A DNA stretch of 64,000 nt from Alphaproteobacteria bacterium (lineage in GTDB: Bacteria > Pseudomonadota > Alphaproteobacteria > JABAAW01), in NCBI GenBank assembly GCA_965216605.1, contig CBDCGG010000002.1, positions 1,369,245 to 1,433,244 of the forward strand. Direction: 5' to 3'. The notes under the pieces are model-generated. The model was given only the letters and a program-made list of their open reading frames with translations, was not told the origin of the DNA and did no database searches. The position numbers were made by a program, and so were the translations under genes. Every line of letters starts with the position of its first letter. Position 1 is the first letter of the stretch. Shown here piece after piece: positions 51,534 through 61,682 of this stretch.

Positions 51534-52988
51534 ATGTCGAAGCGTCAAGATGCTCCCCAAGAAAATCCTTACGACATCGCCATCGTCGGAGGAGGACCTG
51601 GAGGCTATGTCGCCGCCATTCGCGCTCGACAATTGGGATTGCACACCCTGCTGATCGAGCGTGAGGCACTAGGCGGAATTTGTCTCAACTGGGGCTGTAT
51701 TCCTACCAAGGCTCTGCTGCGCACCGCCGAGTTGTGGCGCAGCTTGCAGAAGATGGAGCAGTTCGGCTTGAGCGCAGGAAAAGAGAGCAACTTTGACAGC
51801 AAGCGAATCGTTGCGCGCTCTAGGGCTGTCGCTGCCAAGTTGAACGGCGGGGTCGAGATGCTGATGAAGAAGAACAGCGTAGAGGTTCGCTATGGTAATG
51901 CGAGATTGGGGGGGAGGGGAGAGATTGTCGTTGCGGAGGCTGCGGGAGGTAAGGGGGAGGTTATCAAGGCGAAGCACATTATTTTGGCTACGGGCGCACG
52001 CGCTCGTGAGTTACCTAGCGTTCCGATCGACGGAGATATTGTGTGGGGTTATCGGGAGGCGATGGTCGCCGAGAATTTTCCTAAGCGTCTTCTTGTTGCG
52101 GGCGGAGGAGCGATCGGCTTGGAGTTTGCGAGTTATTTCTCGGCTTTTGGCGTTGAGGTGATCGTCGTGGAGGCGGCAGAGCGCATTTTGCTCCACGAGG
52201 ACGAGGAGGTTGCGGGCATTCTAAAAGCCTACATGGAGAAAGAGCAGGGTATTAAGTTTCTGTTGGGAGTTTCGATCGAAGGCGTAGAAAAGCAGAAGGC
52301 GGGAAGTAACAAGGGAGGAGGTGTACTTGTGAAGTTGGGGAACGGAGATACTTTAGAGGTTGATCGTGTTTTATCTGCTGTGGGGGTTGTGGGAAATGTC
52401 GAGGGATTGGGGTTAGAAGAGGCGGGGGTTGCGTTCGATAGGGAGCGAGGCGTGATTGGGGTTGACGGATTATTGCGGACGAATGTCGAGGGAATTTATG
52501 CGATTGGGGATGTTGCGGGTGCTCCGATGTTGGCGCATAAGGCGTCGCACGAGGGGGTTGTATGTGTCGAGTCGATTGCGGGAGAGGATGTTGCGCCGAT
52601 AGTAAGGGAGCATATTCCTAGTTGTGTCTATACTTCTCCGCAGGTTGCGAGCGTTGGGATGAGCGCGAGGGCTGCCGAGGCGGAGGGATGTAAGGTAAGG
52701 ATCGGGAGGTTTCCATTGGGGGCGAATGGGAAGGCGATTGCGATGGGGGAGGAAGTTGGATTAGTTAAGGTTGTGTTTGAGGAGGTTAGCGGGGCATTTT
52801 TGGGGGCGAGCATGGTTGGGGGAGAGGTTGTGGAGATGGTGCAGGGATATGGGATTGCTTTGGGGATGGAGGCGACGGAGGCGGAGTTGATGGGGACGAT
52901 CTTTGCGCATCCGACGATGTCGGAGGCGATGCACGAGGCGGTATTGGATGGATGGGGAAGGGCACTGCATGTGCCACCGAGGAAATAA
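51534..52988 (+). CDS. lpdA: Dihydrolipoyl dehydrogenase E3
   Basis: GGGPGGY, GGICLNWGCIPTK, GGGAIGLE, AIGD, HPTMSE. Confidence 0.97.
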   Translation: MSKRQDAPQENPYDIAIVGGGPGGYVAAIRARQLGLHTLLIEREALGGICLNWGCIPTKALLRTAELWRSLQKMEQFGLSAGKESNFDSKRIVARSRAVAAKLNGGVEMLMKKNSVEVRYGNARLGGRGEIVVAEAAGGKGEVIKAKHIILATGARARELPSVPIDGDIVWGYREAMVAENFPKRLLVAGGGAIGLEFASYFSAFGVEVIVVEAAERILLHEDEEVAGILKAYMEKEQGIKFLLGVSIEGVEKQKAGSNKGGGVLVKLGNGDTLEVDRVLSAVGVVGNVEGLGLEEAGVAFDRERGVIGVDGLLRTNVEGIYAIGDVAGAPMLAHKASHEGVVCVESIAGEDVAPIVREHIPSCVYTSPQVASVGMSARAAEAEGCKVRIGRFPLGANGKAIAMGEEVGLVKVVFEEVSGAFLGASMVGGEVVEMVQGYGIALGMEATEAELMGTIFAHPTMSEAMHEAVLDGWGRALHVPPRK

Positions 52989-53119
52989 GACAGATAATTT
53001 TTCTGTGGATAACTTGGATTTTGCGGTTGCCTTTGTTGGAGTTTTTCGTAGAGTTGCTAACAACGCACGCGTTTTTGCGCAACAAGCGTATGTGCACGGG
53101 AGGATAGAGAGGTGGGGGA

Positions 53120-54340
53120 AAAATTAGGCGAGCGTATAAAAATTTTCTGTATACGATTAGGGAACAATCTTGTAAATCTCTTTATAGAGTCCATTTATCC
53201 TATATTTGCATTGCGATTATTTTTTTTAATCAGTATTTATCGTCATACTTGCTATTTATATTTTTTTGGGTTATTTAAAAGGAGTTACTGCCATTAGCGT
53301 TTAGTTTCTTTAGTTTGCTTTGTTTATAGCATTTGGCTTTCTTTGCTTATATCTTGGTCTCCTCTTGCAAAACATCGTGGTCATGAAATCGTTGTTTGTT
53401 GCAGTCGTGAATTTTCTCCCCAGCATTTACAGTTTAGCGGAATATCTTATATTTCTGGCTTATATCTTTGCAATCAAAAAAACAGAATTGAAATTATAAA
53501 AAAAATATTTCTTCAAACTAATGGAAATTTTCTTGAATTAAAAAAGCAAAGCGAGCCATTGATCCTTCCTCCTTTTGGAGGACAAAAGCATTGCTTTAAA
53601 ATTGTCAGATACATACGCAGAAAACTTAACATCAAAAGATATTTCTGACAATTATTTGTTGATCCTGTCAAAGGGCTTCATGTTGTAATTGAGAAAATAT
53701 CGGATGAGAGCAATCCTGTTTTGTACCATATTGCGAACAACAATCCAGTTGGAATTATTTCGAAAGAAAAAATAGCTGAAGAAATGAATGCGCGTGATAA
53801 ACATTTGCAGATTGTAATAAAAACTGACAAAAATTGATTTTCGCTCGATCTTTTTGAATCTGACGATTGATAGTGCTTTAATGGTTTTTATAACGATTAT
53901 GAATTTAAAAATATTATGCTAAAAATAAATCTTTTGAAATAACAGCGTTTTTCGTGCTTACAATTTTAATTTAATGAAGATACGAAGTAAATTTCACTCT
54001 CAGTATTTTTGGCCAATCAATTTTTGAAACGAACTGATATGTATAAAAAATTAATGCTAAAAGAATTAGAAAAATTTGCAACGTTTTGATTCAAAAGAAG
54101 ATGTTAAAAATTCAGTTTGGAGAAAAGGTTCATGAATTTAAAAAAACTTTTTTATGACAAACACAATCTAACTGAAAGTCAAATTGAGGTCACTTCCAAA
54201 ACAGTTATTTTTTTGGATTTCTGGTTAACAAATCTTGGGGAAAAAACTATTCTTAAAAAAAATGTAAGACAATTTATTCTTCTCTTTATAAAACTAAAAA
54301 TTTAAAAGAGTACTTACAAGAATCTGATAAAAAATCTTGG
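53120..54340 (+). pseudogene. AT-rich degraded foreign DNA with fragmented ORFs
   Basis: Markedly lower GC than the flanks. ORF 53343-53648 continues in frame past TGA for about 60 more codons (QLFVDPVKG...KTDKN); a further fragment lies at 54117-54305. Confidence 0.45.
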
Positions 54341-54344
54341 CTAA

Positions 54345-54572
54345 AGCGCATTGCGCAAAAAATTATGTGCGTGCGCTTGGTAAACAAGAGGCTACGCGCT
54401 TCGCTTCGCTCGTGCGTAGAAAGCGCTAACGCGCTCCGCTGACGCGGGGTCTTTTACGAGGGACTGCGTCCCTCGCGCTCCCTATGCGCAAGACTGCGTC
54501 TTGCGAGGGCGAGGGAAACACTAATGCGCTCCCTATGCGCTACGCGCACGATGTTGACCGAACGCGAGAATC
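54345..54572. repeat. GC-rich multi-hairpin intergenic element, copy C
   Basis: Hairpins CGAGGGAC-TGC-GTCCCTCG (54457-54475) and CGCAAGAC-TGC-GTCTTGCG (54487-54505); direct repeat GCGCTCCCTATGCGC (54475-54489, 54526-54540); blocks shared with copy B. Confidence 0.7.
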
Positions 54573-54574
54573 CC

Positions 54575-56155
54575 CTACCGACTATCGTCCTTGTCCCTCT
54601 TCACCCGCGTCTCAATCCTGTTAATATACTCCGCAACTTCTTCCTCCTTTGCCTTATTCAGCATCGTCTCTGGACTCTTCGCAACGACCTCCTTCCATAC
54701 CCTATTCGCCCTCACATCCGCCGTCTCCGCCCCATCCTCATTCCAATTCTCAAAGTTACGCCAATCAGATAAAATAGGCTCGTAAAATGCCTTGTCATAC
54801 CTCTCTAATGTATGCTCCGCCCCAAAGTAATGTCCCCCCGCACCCACCTCCCGCATCGCATCCATCGCAATAGAATCCTCGTCCGTAGGAAATTTCGCAA
54901 ACAATCTCGCCATCATCTGCAACATCTCAACATCGATAATAAACTTCTCATACGAAGCAACTAATCCCCCCTCCAACCACCCCGCCCCATGCAGTAAGAA
55001 ATGACACCCCCCCAACATCGCTCCCCATAAAGACATCTGAGACTCGTAAGCACTCTGCGCATCAGGAGCATTAGACGCATTAACATTCGACGACCTAAAC
55101 GGAACATTATACATCCGACACAACTGACCCGTCGCAATCGCAGCCTGCGTATACTCAGGAGTCCCAAAAGCAGGAGACCCCGAACGCATGTCAACATTGG
55201 AAGTAAATCCTCCATAAACAACACAAGCCCCAGGTTTCACAATCTGCGCCAATACCATGCCCGCCAAAGCCTCCGCATGCTGCTGCGTCAAAGCTCCCGC
55301 AATAGTCACAGGTGCCATCGCGCCCGCCAAAGTAAAGGGAGTGACAATAACAACCTGCCCCAACTCCGCCATCACCATAATGCCCTGCGCCATCAACTCG
55401 TCTAACTGCAACGGAGAATTCATGTTCACAACCGTATAACAACTAGGCTCTTTCAATAACTGCTCCTCGCTGATACCGCGAATCAAGCGCACGAGCTCGA
55501 TCGCCTCCTCTATCTCCTTCCTGCGCTGACTGCGCACAAAAGGAACCTTGTCGCTGTGCGTCATATAACAACGAACCGTCTCGACATGCCGCATCTTCAC
55601 AGGGATATCTAACGGCTCGATCAAAGTTCCTAAAATATGAATCACATCGTAATACTGAGCCATTTTTGCAAGCTCGATAAGCCCCGCCTTGTCTCCGTCA
55701 CGCCGCCCTCTGTCCAAGTCGGACAAAAACGGCGTTCCCGATACCGTCCCGAACACAACCCGCGAGGACTCTCCGCCCACACCTCCGCCCATCGTTACAT
55801 TGTTCGTCGGATTTTTTGCATACATCGAAAACTTGCTCGGCGCATGCTTCATCCAAGTATCGATCATCTCGCTAGGAAAACGCACCTGCCAGTTCTCTTC
55901 GTCCACCTCCGCTCCCCCTCGCAAGTAGTGCGCTCGCGCCTCCTCCGAGAGCACCTTGATCCCCACCTCCTGTAACAATGTCTTCGCTCGCTCGTCGATG
56001 AGAGCAACCTCGTCCGAAGACAAAATCTTCAGCGGAGGGTAGGGGTTCTCCAACTGCACATAAGGCGACGCGACAGGCGCAGCCGCCAAGTTCTCGCGTC
56101 GCTCGCGCAATCTTGCGAAACGCTGTTTGCGCCCGCTTGTCTCGGTTCTCGTCAT
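54575..56155 (-). CDS. Trimethylamine methyltransferase (MttB) family protein, non-pyrrolysine (glycine betaine methyltransferase-like)
   Basis: NSPLQLD, TPFTLAGAMAPVTIAGAL, FTSNVDMRSGSPAFGTPE, DAQSAYE, HGAGWLEGGL; no in-frame amber codon; start placed at MTRTE. Confidence 0.9.
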   Translation of the reverse strand: MTRTETSGRKQRFARLRERRENLAAAPVASPYVQLENPYPPLKILSSDEVALIDERAKTLLQEVGIKVLSEEARAHYLRGGAEVDEENWQVRFPSEMIDTWMKHAPSKFSMYAKNPTNNVTMGGGVGGESSRVVFGTVSGTPFLSDLDRGRRDGDKAGLIELAKMAQYYDVIHILGTLIEPLDIPVKMRHVETVRCYMTHSDKVPFVRSQRRKEIEEAIELVRLIRGISEEQLLKEPSCYTVVNMNSPLQLDELMAQGIMVMAELGQVVIVTPFTLAGAMAPVTIAGALTQQHAEALAGMVLAQIVKPGACVVYGGFTSNVDMRSGSPAFGTPEYTQAAIATGQLCRMYNVPFRSSNVNASNAPDAQSAYESQMSLWGAMLGGCHFLLHGAGWLEGGLVASYEKFIIDVEMLQMMARLFAKFPTDEDSIAMDAMREVGAGGHYFGAEHTLERYDKAFYEPILSDWRNFENWNEDGAETADVRANRVWKEVVAKSPETMLNKAKEEEVAEYINRIETRVKRDKDDSR

Positions 56156-56253
56156 TTTTGTTCTCTCTCCCTTTACAAACAATTGCCTCGCTGGTGAGTA
56201 AAGCGTAGAATCATCGACAACAAAAGTCAAAGGAGAGAAAAAAGGAGAAACGC

Positions 56254-58773
56254 ATGACAAGTCCTCTCGAAATGCCAACGCAAGCATCGACTCAAGAATT
56301 ACCAGATAGGGTTAAGGTTGCGGTGATCGGCGGCGGCGTAGTCGGCTGCAGCGTTTTGTTTCATCTCGCCAAAGCGGGGCTGGAGAATTGCGTGCTATTA
56401 GAGCGCAAAGAGCTGACGGCAGGCTCTAGCTGGCACGCGGCGGGAGGCTTCCATGCGGTCAACTCGGACTTGAACATTTCTGCGCTGCAGACATATACGA
56501 TCGAGCTCTACGACGAGATACAGGAACTCTCAGGGGTGGATGCAGGCATCCACATGACGGGTGGCATCAATATCGCGGCGACGGAAGAGCGGTGGTTGCA
56601 TTTGCGCTCGGAGTGGGCGCGCCATCGAGTGCTGGGGATCGATTCGGAGCTGATCGATGCCGCCGAGATACGCCGTCGCTGTCCGATCGTCGAGACGCAC
56701 GGCATCAAGGGAGGTTTGTTCGATCCGAAGGAGGGCTACTTGGATCCCTCTGGCACGACGCACGCCTATGCGAAATCGGCGCAGAAGTTGGGAGGGAAAA
56801 TTTTCCTGCATACGAAGGTCGAGGCGTTGGAGCAGCGCAGCGACGGCTGGCTCGTCAAGACGGATAGGGGAGAGGTTCTTGCCGAGCATGTGGTGAATGC
56901 GGGCGGCTTGTGGGCTCAAAGGGTGGGAGCGATGGCAGGCTTGCGTCTGCCGGTTGTTTCGATGGAGCATCACTACTTGATCACAGAAGCCTTGCCGAGC
57001 CTGACCGCGATGGACGAGGAGATCCCTTTCATCATCGACTTGGACGGCGAGGTCTATTTGCGTCAGGAGCATAAGGGTGTTCTCTTGGGTATCTACGAGA
57101 CTCCCTCGACGGCGTGGGCGGTCGAGGGCGCGCCCTGGGACTACAAGGAAGACGAGTTGCTTCCTCCCGATCTTGATCGCTTGGGAGAGACCTTGTCGAA
57201 TAGCTTGAAGCGTTTTCCCGAAATCGAACGAGCAGGGATCAAGCGCGTAGTGAATGGTCCTTTCACCTTTTCTCCTGATGGCAATCCCCTTGTTGGTCCT
57301 GTGCGGGGCGTGCGGAACTTTTGGTGCGCCTGCGCTGTGACAGTGGGATTTGCGCAAGCGGGCGGAATCGGTCGTGCCTTGGCAGAGTGGCTGATCGAGG
57401 GCGAGCCGAAGGGCGATTTGCTGGGCATGGATGTTGCTCGCTTCGGCGATTTCGCCACCATGTCCTACGCCTTGGCGACGGGCGGCGAGTTCTACGAGCG
57501 TCGTTTTCGTATCGCCTATCCGAACGAGACATGGCCTGCAGCGCGTCCTAGCAAGACGACTCCGTTGTACGGTCGCTTCAAGGAGCGCGGTGCGGTCTTT
57601 GGCGATTCCTTCGCCTTGGAGGTGCCTCTGTATTTCGCGCGCGGGAAAGAGAAAGCGGAAGAGACACCAACCTTTCGCCGCTCGAACGCCTTCCCCACTG
57701 TCGGAGAAGAGTGTCGGGCAGTTCGAGAAAACATCGGCATTACAGAGCTGGCATCCTTTTCCAAGTACGAGGTGACGGGCAAGGATGCGAGAGCTTTCTT
57801 GGATAAACTTTTGGCGTGTCGCCTGCCGCGGACGGGGGAGGTGCGTCTTGCGCCGATGCTCTCGCCCAAGGGCTTTTTGCGCGGCGACCTGACGGTGGCT
57901 TGTCTGGCAGAAGATCGATTTTGGCTGTTCGGCTCAGGCTATCTGCAAACCTTCCACATGCGCTGGTTCGAAGAGGTGGCAGAGGGATACAAGGTTGCGC
58001 TACGCAATTACTCCGATAGCGTCATGGGATTTTCGCTGGCAGGTCCTCGCGCGCGCGAGCTGTTGCAGGGGCTGGTGCGCGACGATCTGTCGAACGATGC
58101 CTTTCCCTTCATGGCGATCAAGGAGTGCGATGTCGGGCTTGTGCCTGTGATGTTGGCGCGTCTGTCCGTGACGGGAGAGTTGGGCTTCGAGCTCTATACG
58201 CCTTTTTCCTATCACGAGGCTCTGTACGACGCGCTCAAAGCTGCGGGAGAGGCAGAAGGGAAAGAAAAAGGTTTGCGCGATTTTGGAGGCTATGCGTTGA
58301 ATTCGTTGCGGATCGAGAAGGGTTTCGGCATATGGTCTCGTGAGTTCACGCCGGACTTCACGGCGGGGGAGAGCGGTTTGTCGCGTTTCGTCGATTTCGA
58401 GAAGAATGGTCGCTTCATCGGGCGCGACGCGGCGTTAAGGGAGCGCGACGCAAGTAGCAGCCGCGGCGTATCGCGGCGGCTGGTGCTGTTGGAGATCGAA
58501 ACAGAGGATGCCGATGCCTGGCGCTACGAGCCAATATGGTTTGGCGAGAAGTATGCGGGTTTCGTCACCTCGGGTTCGTACGGTCATGTTGTCGAGAAGA
58601 GCTTGGCGTTGGGCTATGTGAACAGCGATTTTGTCGCGCGCGCGCAGGGAGAGAAACAGGGAGAGAAACATGGTGATTCTTTGGGGGTTCACATCTTGGG
58701 GGAGAAGCGTCCCGCGCGGATTATCGGAGGAGCGGCTTGGGACGCGCGCGGCGAGCGTATGCGGAAAAGTTGA
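56254..58773 (+). CDS. Dimethylglycine/sarcosine dehydrogenase-like FAD oxidoreductase with GcvT domain
   Basis: GGGVVG, LTAGSSWHAAG, NGPFTFSPDGNPLVGP; C-terminal GcvT-like domain (SVTGELGFEL, SLRIEKG, VTSG). Confidence 0.9.
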   Translation: MTSPLEMPTQASTQELPDRVKVAVIGGGVVGCSVLFHLAKAGLENCVLLERKELTAGSSWHAAGGFHAVNSDLNISALQTYTIELYDEIQELSGVDAGIHMTGGINIAATEERWLHLRSEWARHRVLGIDSELIDAAEIRRRCPIVETHGIKGGLFDPKEGYLDPSGTTHAYAKSAQKLGGKIFLHTKVEALEQRSDGWLVKTDRGEVLAEHVVNAGGLWAQRVGAMAGLRLPVVSMEHHYLITEALPSLTAMDEEIPFIIDLDGEVYLRQEHKGVLLGIYETPSTAWAVEGAPWDYKEDELLPPDLDRLGETLSNSLKRFPEIERAGIKRVVNGPFTFSPDGNPLVGPVRGVRNFWCACAVTVGFAQAGGIGRALAEWLIEGEPKGDLLGMDVARFGDFATMSYALATGGEFYERRFRIAYPNETWPAARPSKTTPLYGRFKERGAVFGDSFALEVPLYFARGKEKAEETPTFRRSNAFPTVGEECRAVRENIGITELASFSKYEVTGKDARAFLDKLLACRLPRTGEVRLAPMLSPKGFLRGDLTVACLAEDRFWLFGSGYLQTFHMRWFEEVAEGYKVALRNYSDSVMGFSLAGPRARELLQGLVRDDLSNDAFPFMAIKECDVGLVPVMLARLSVTGELGFELYTPFSYHEALYDALKAAGEAEGKEKGLRDFGGYALNSLRIEKGFGIWSREFTPDFTAGESGLSRFVDFEKNGRFIGRDAALRERDASSSRGVSRRLVLLEIETEDADAWRYEPIWFGEKYAGFVTSGSYGHVVEKSLALGYVNSDFVARAQGEKQGEKHGDSLGVHILGEKRPARIIGGAAWDARGERMRKS

Positions 58774-58858
58774 GGCGCAAGAGAAAAACTTGAAGAATCT
58801 TGATTTTTTCCACTTTTTCACTTTTTTTCAAAAAAAGCATAAAAAACGCTTTTTTTGC

Positions 58859-58887
58859 TTGCCCGCGAAGTGTTGCTGCTCTATAAG
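58859..58887 (+). promoter_or_regulatory. Putative sigma70 promoter for the ABC importer operon
   Basis: TTGCCC, 17-bp spacer, TATAAG; preceded by A/T tracts. Confidence 0.5.
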
Positions 58888-58952
58888 GGTAGAAAGGGTA
58901 GGGAGTGGCTTCCTACCTCCAAATTTCTCTTTGATTCTATAAGGAGTCTCTC

Positions 58953-60593
58953 ATGACAGAAGAAACCCCCAACGAGCATATCGACTCGGTAAAACGAGAC
59001 TATGCGGAAGGACATGCTTCGCGCCGCGAATTTCTGCGATTTGCGACGCTACTCGGCATGTCGGCAACGGCGGCTTACGCCTTCGTGGCGAAGGTTGAAA
59101 ACCTGAACTTCGTTCCAACGGTAGCGCAAGCTGCGAAGATGCCGAAAGGCGGCACGCTGAAAATTGCGATGCGTTGTCCGAAAATCTCCAGTCCTCACAC
59201 TTTCTCGTGGATTTTCGATTCGAACATCTTCCGCCAAGTAGGCGACTACTTGACGCAAACCGGACAGGACGGCGTTACACGTCCTGCCTTGCTGAAATGG
59301 AAAGCCTCGAAAGATCTGAAAACTTGGACTTTCAAGGTGCGTGATGTCAAATGGCACGATGGTCGCAAGTTCACTTCGGACGACGCTATTTGGAACATCA
59401 AGCGTGTCTTGGATCCTAAGACAGGCTCCTCGGTACTGGGGCTGATGAAGTCCTACATGTTCAACGCCGAAGGCACAGGGATTTGGGATGCGAATGCTAT
59501 CGAGAAGGTGGACGATTCTACCTTCCGTCTGAATTTGCGTATTCCGCAGGTTACCCTTCCTGAGCACCTGTTCCACTATCCGTTCGGCATTCTCGATCCG
59601 AAGGAAGGTGGAAAGTTCGGCGCAGGCTCCAACGGAACGGGTGCCTTCCAGCTGAAAGAGTACGAGGTGAACCGTCGTGCTGTTTTGGAAGCGAACAAAG
59701 GCGGCTATTGGGGCGGAGATCCGAACTTGGATCGTATCGAGTTCGTCGACTTCGGCGACAATCCCACGGCGGTCGCGCGTGCCATGGAATCGAAGCAAGT
59801 GGACGGCATCTATATCGGTGAAGTCGAACAGTTCGAACTCTACAAAGGCATGTCGCATACGACTCTCTATACCGTGGATTCGGGTGCGACAGGCATTGCG
59901 CGTGTGCAAGTCGATCGTCCTGAGTTCAAAGATCCGCGCGTGCGCAAGGCGATGCGTCTCGCCATCGACACCGACGCGATTCGCAAGATCGCTTACTCGA
60001 TCGGTGAAGAAGCGCAGCATCACCATGTCTCACCTGCGTTTCGGGACTACCAAAAGCTGCCGCGTTTCACGCGCGATGTTGCAGCCGCGAAGAAGCTGCT
60101 CGCCGAGGCGGGATATCCGAAGGGTATCGACTTGGAAATCACGGTCAAACCCCATCCAACTTGGGAGGTCAAGGCTGTCGAAGGCATGGCAAACCAGTGG
60201 CGCGATGCAGGGATTCGTGTGAAGATCAATCAGCTGCCCTCGTCTAAGTTTTGGGGCGTGTGGGACAAGGTGCCTTTCGGCTTCACCGAATGGGCGCACC
60301 GTCCGTACGGCTCGATGTTGCTGAACCTCGCCTATCGCGCGGGCGTGCCGTGGAACGAATCGCACTACAACAATCCCGAGTTCGACAAGGTTCTCAATCA
60401 AGTCGACTCCACGCCCAGCCTCAGGAAGCGTAAAAAACTGATGGGGCAGCTGGAGAAAGTCATGCAAGAAGATGGTCCTATCATCCAACCGCTGTGGCGC
60501 CAGCTCTTCATGGTCTACGACAAAAAAGTCTTGGGCTTTGTGCCTCATCCAACCCAATACATCTTCGGTAACGAACTGGCTGTCAAAAGCTAG
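58953..60593 (+). CDS. Family-5 (Dpp/Opp-like) ABC substrate-binding protein with Tat signal
   Basis: SRREFL twin-arginine motif, VKWHDG..FTSDD, GTGAF, FKDPRVRKAM; AAGGAG RBS. Confidence 0.92.
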   Translation: MTEETPNEHIDSVKRDYAEGHASRREFLRFATLLGMSATAAYAFVAKVENLNFVPTVAQAAKMPKGGTLKIAMRCPKISSPHTFSWIFDSNIFRQVGDYLTQTGQDGVTRPALLKWKASKDLKTWTFKVRDVKWHDGRKFTSDDAIWNIKRVLDPKTGSSVLGLMKSYMFNAEGTGIWDANAIEKVDDSTFRLNLRIPQVTLPEHLFHYPFGILDPKEGGKFGAGSNGTGAFQLKEYEVNRRAVLEANKGGYWGGDPNLDRIEFVDFGDNPTAVARAMESKQVDGIYIGEVEQFELYKGMSHTTLYTVDSGATGIARVQVDRPEFKDPRVRKAMRLAIDTDAIRKIAYSIGEEAQHHHVSPAFRDYQKLPRFTRDVAAAKKLLAEAGYPKGIDLEITVKPHPTWEVKAVEGMANQWRDAGIRVKINQLPSSKFWGVWDKVPFGFTEWAHRPYGSMLLNLAYRAGVPWNESHYNNPEFDKVLNQVDSTPSLRKRKKLMGQLEKVMQEDGPIIQPLWRQLFMVYDKKVLGFVPHPTQYIFGNELAVKS

Positions 60594-60611
60594 GCTTCGT
60601 TTTCGGGCTAC

Positions 60612-60640
60612 GCTCCTCTTCTCCTCACGAGAAGGGGAGC
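60612..60640 (+). terminator. Intercistronic stem-loop after the substrate-binding protein gene (partial terminator or mRNA stabiliser)
   Basis: GCTCCTCTTCTC-CTCAC-GAGAAGGGGAGC; no U-tract. Confidence 0.5.
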
Positions 60641-60746
60641 AGTCCCCGATTGCTTGTCCGTGAGACTCGGAAAAACTTATTGAAAAGACATCGCTCGCAA
60701 GCGATATGTCAAAAACGGGGGGAATCTCCTATAGGGGAGCAAGAGT

Positions 60747-61679
60747 GTGATCAAGCTGTTTTTCCGTCGTCTGTTGTCGATCGCGCTGATCGGGCTGATG
60801 ATCTCTTTTTTGCTCTTTCTCATCTTCGAGAGCGACAAGCTGGAGGTGGCAGGTAAGGTATTAGGTGCCTACTCGTTGCCCGAACAACGCCTGCTGTGGC
60901 TTACACAAAACGGCTACGACGAGCCGTTTCTGTTGCGCTACTTGCAATGGCTCGGCAAGTTTTTGCTAGGCGACTGGGGAACATCGTTGCAATACGACAC
61001 GCCCGTTCGTCCCTACCTCATGGCTCAGTTGAAAAACACGGCGATCTTGGGGGGACTCGTCTTTTCGCTGACGCTCGTCTTTTCGCTGACACTCGGCGTG
61101 ATCTCGGGCGTTTTCGAAGGTCGTACGACGGATCGTCTTGTCTCGGGTTTCGCGGTTCTTACAACCTCGGTACCTGAGTTCGCCTCGGCGACGCTGCTGG
61201 CGGCGGTCTTCGTCTTTTGGCTTGGTGTCTTGCCCGGCACCTCCAGTTTTCAAAACGGCTTCAGCTGGCTTGAACTCGTTCTTCCCACAGCCGTGCTTGT
61301 CATCTACAACTTCGGCTACTACGCGCGCATGACGCGCGCCTCGATGGCAGAGGTGATGACCTCGCAGTATGTGCGCACGGCAATCTTGAAAGGCATGCGC
61401 TTTCGCCGTGTCGTGCTGAATCACGCGCTCCGCAACGCGCTGATCGCCCCCTTCACGGTGATGGTCTTGCAACTGAACTACCTTCTTTCGGGGGTCATCG
61501 TCGTCGAGGTGTTTTTTGGCTACAAAGGATTCGGCAAGATGCTGTACGACGCTGCCCTGTTCGGCGACCTTTATCTTTTGGAAGCGGCGACGATGATCGC
61601 TGTTGCCGTCGCCGTCCTGTCGCAGTTGATCTCGGATATCGGCTACGCGCTGCTCAACCCTCGCATTCGCTTCAGCTGA
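60747..61679 (+). CDS. ABC permease (DppB-like)
   Basis: RYLQWL..GDWGTS, YVRTAILKG, HALRNA, NPRIR. Confidence 0.92.
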   Translation: MIKLFFRRLLSIALIGLMISFLLFLIFESDKLEVAGKVLGAYSLPEQRLLWLTQNGYDEPFLLRYLQWLGKFLLGDWGTSLQYDTPVRPYLMAQLKNTAILGGLVFSLTLVFSLTLGVISGVFEGRTTDRLVSGFAVLTTSVPEFASATLLAAVFVFWLGVLPGTSSFQNGFSWLELVLPTAVLVIYNFGYYARMTRASMAEVMTSQYVRTAILKGMRFRRVVLNHALRNALIAPFTVMVLQLNYLLSGVIVVEVFFGYKGFGKMLYDAALFGDLYLLEAATMIAVAVAVLSQLISDIGYALLNPRIRFS

Positions 61680-61682
61680 TAG

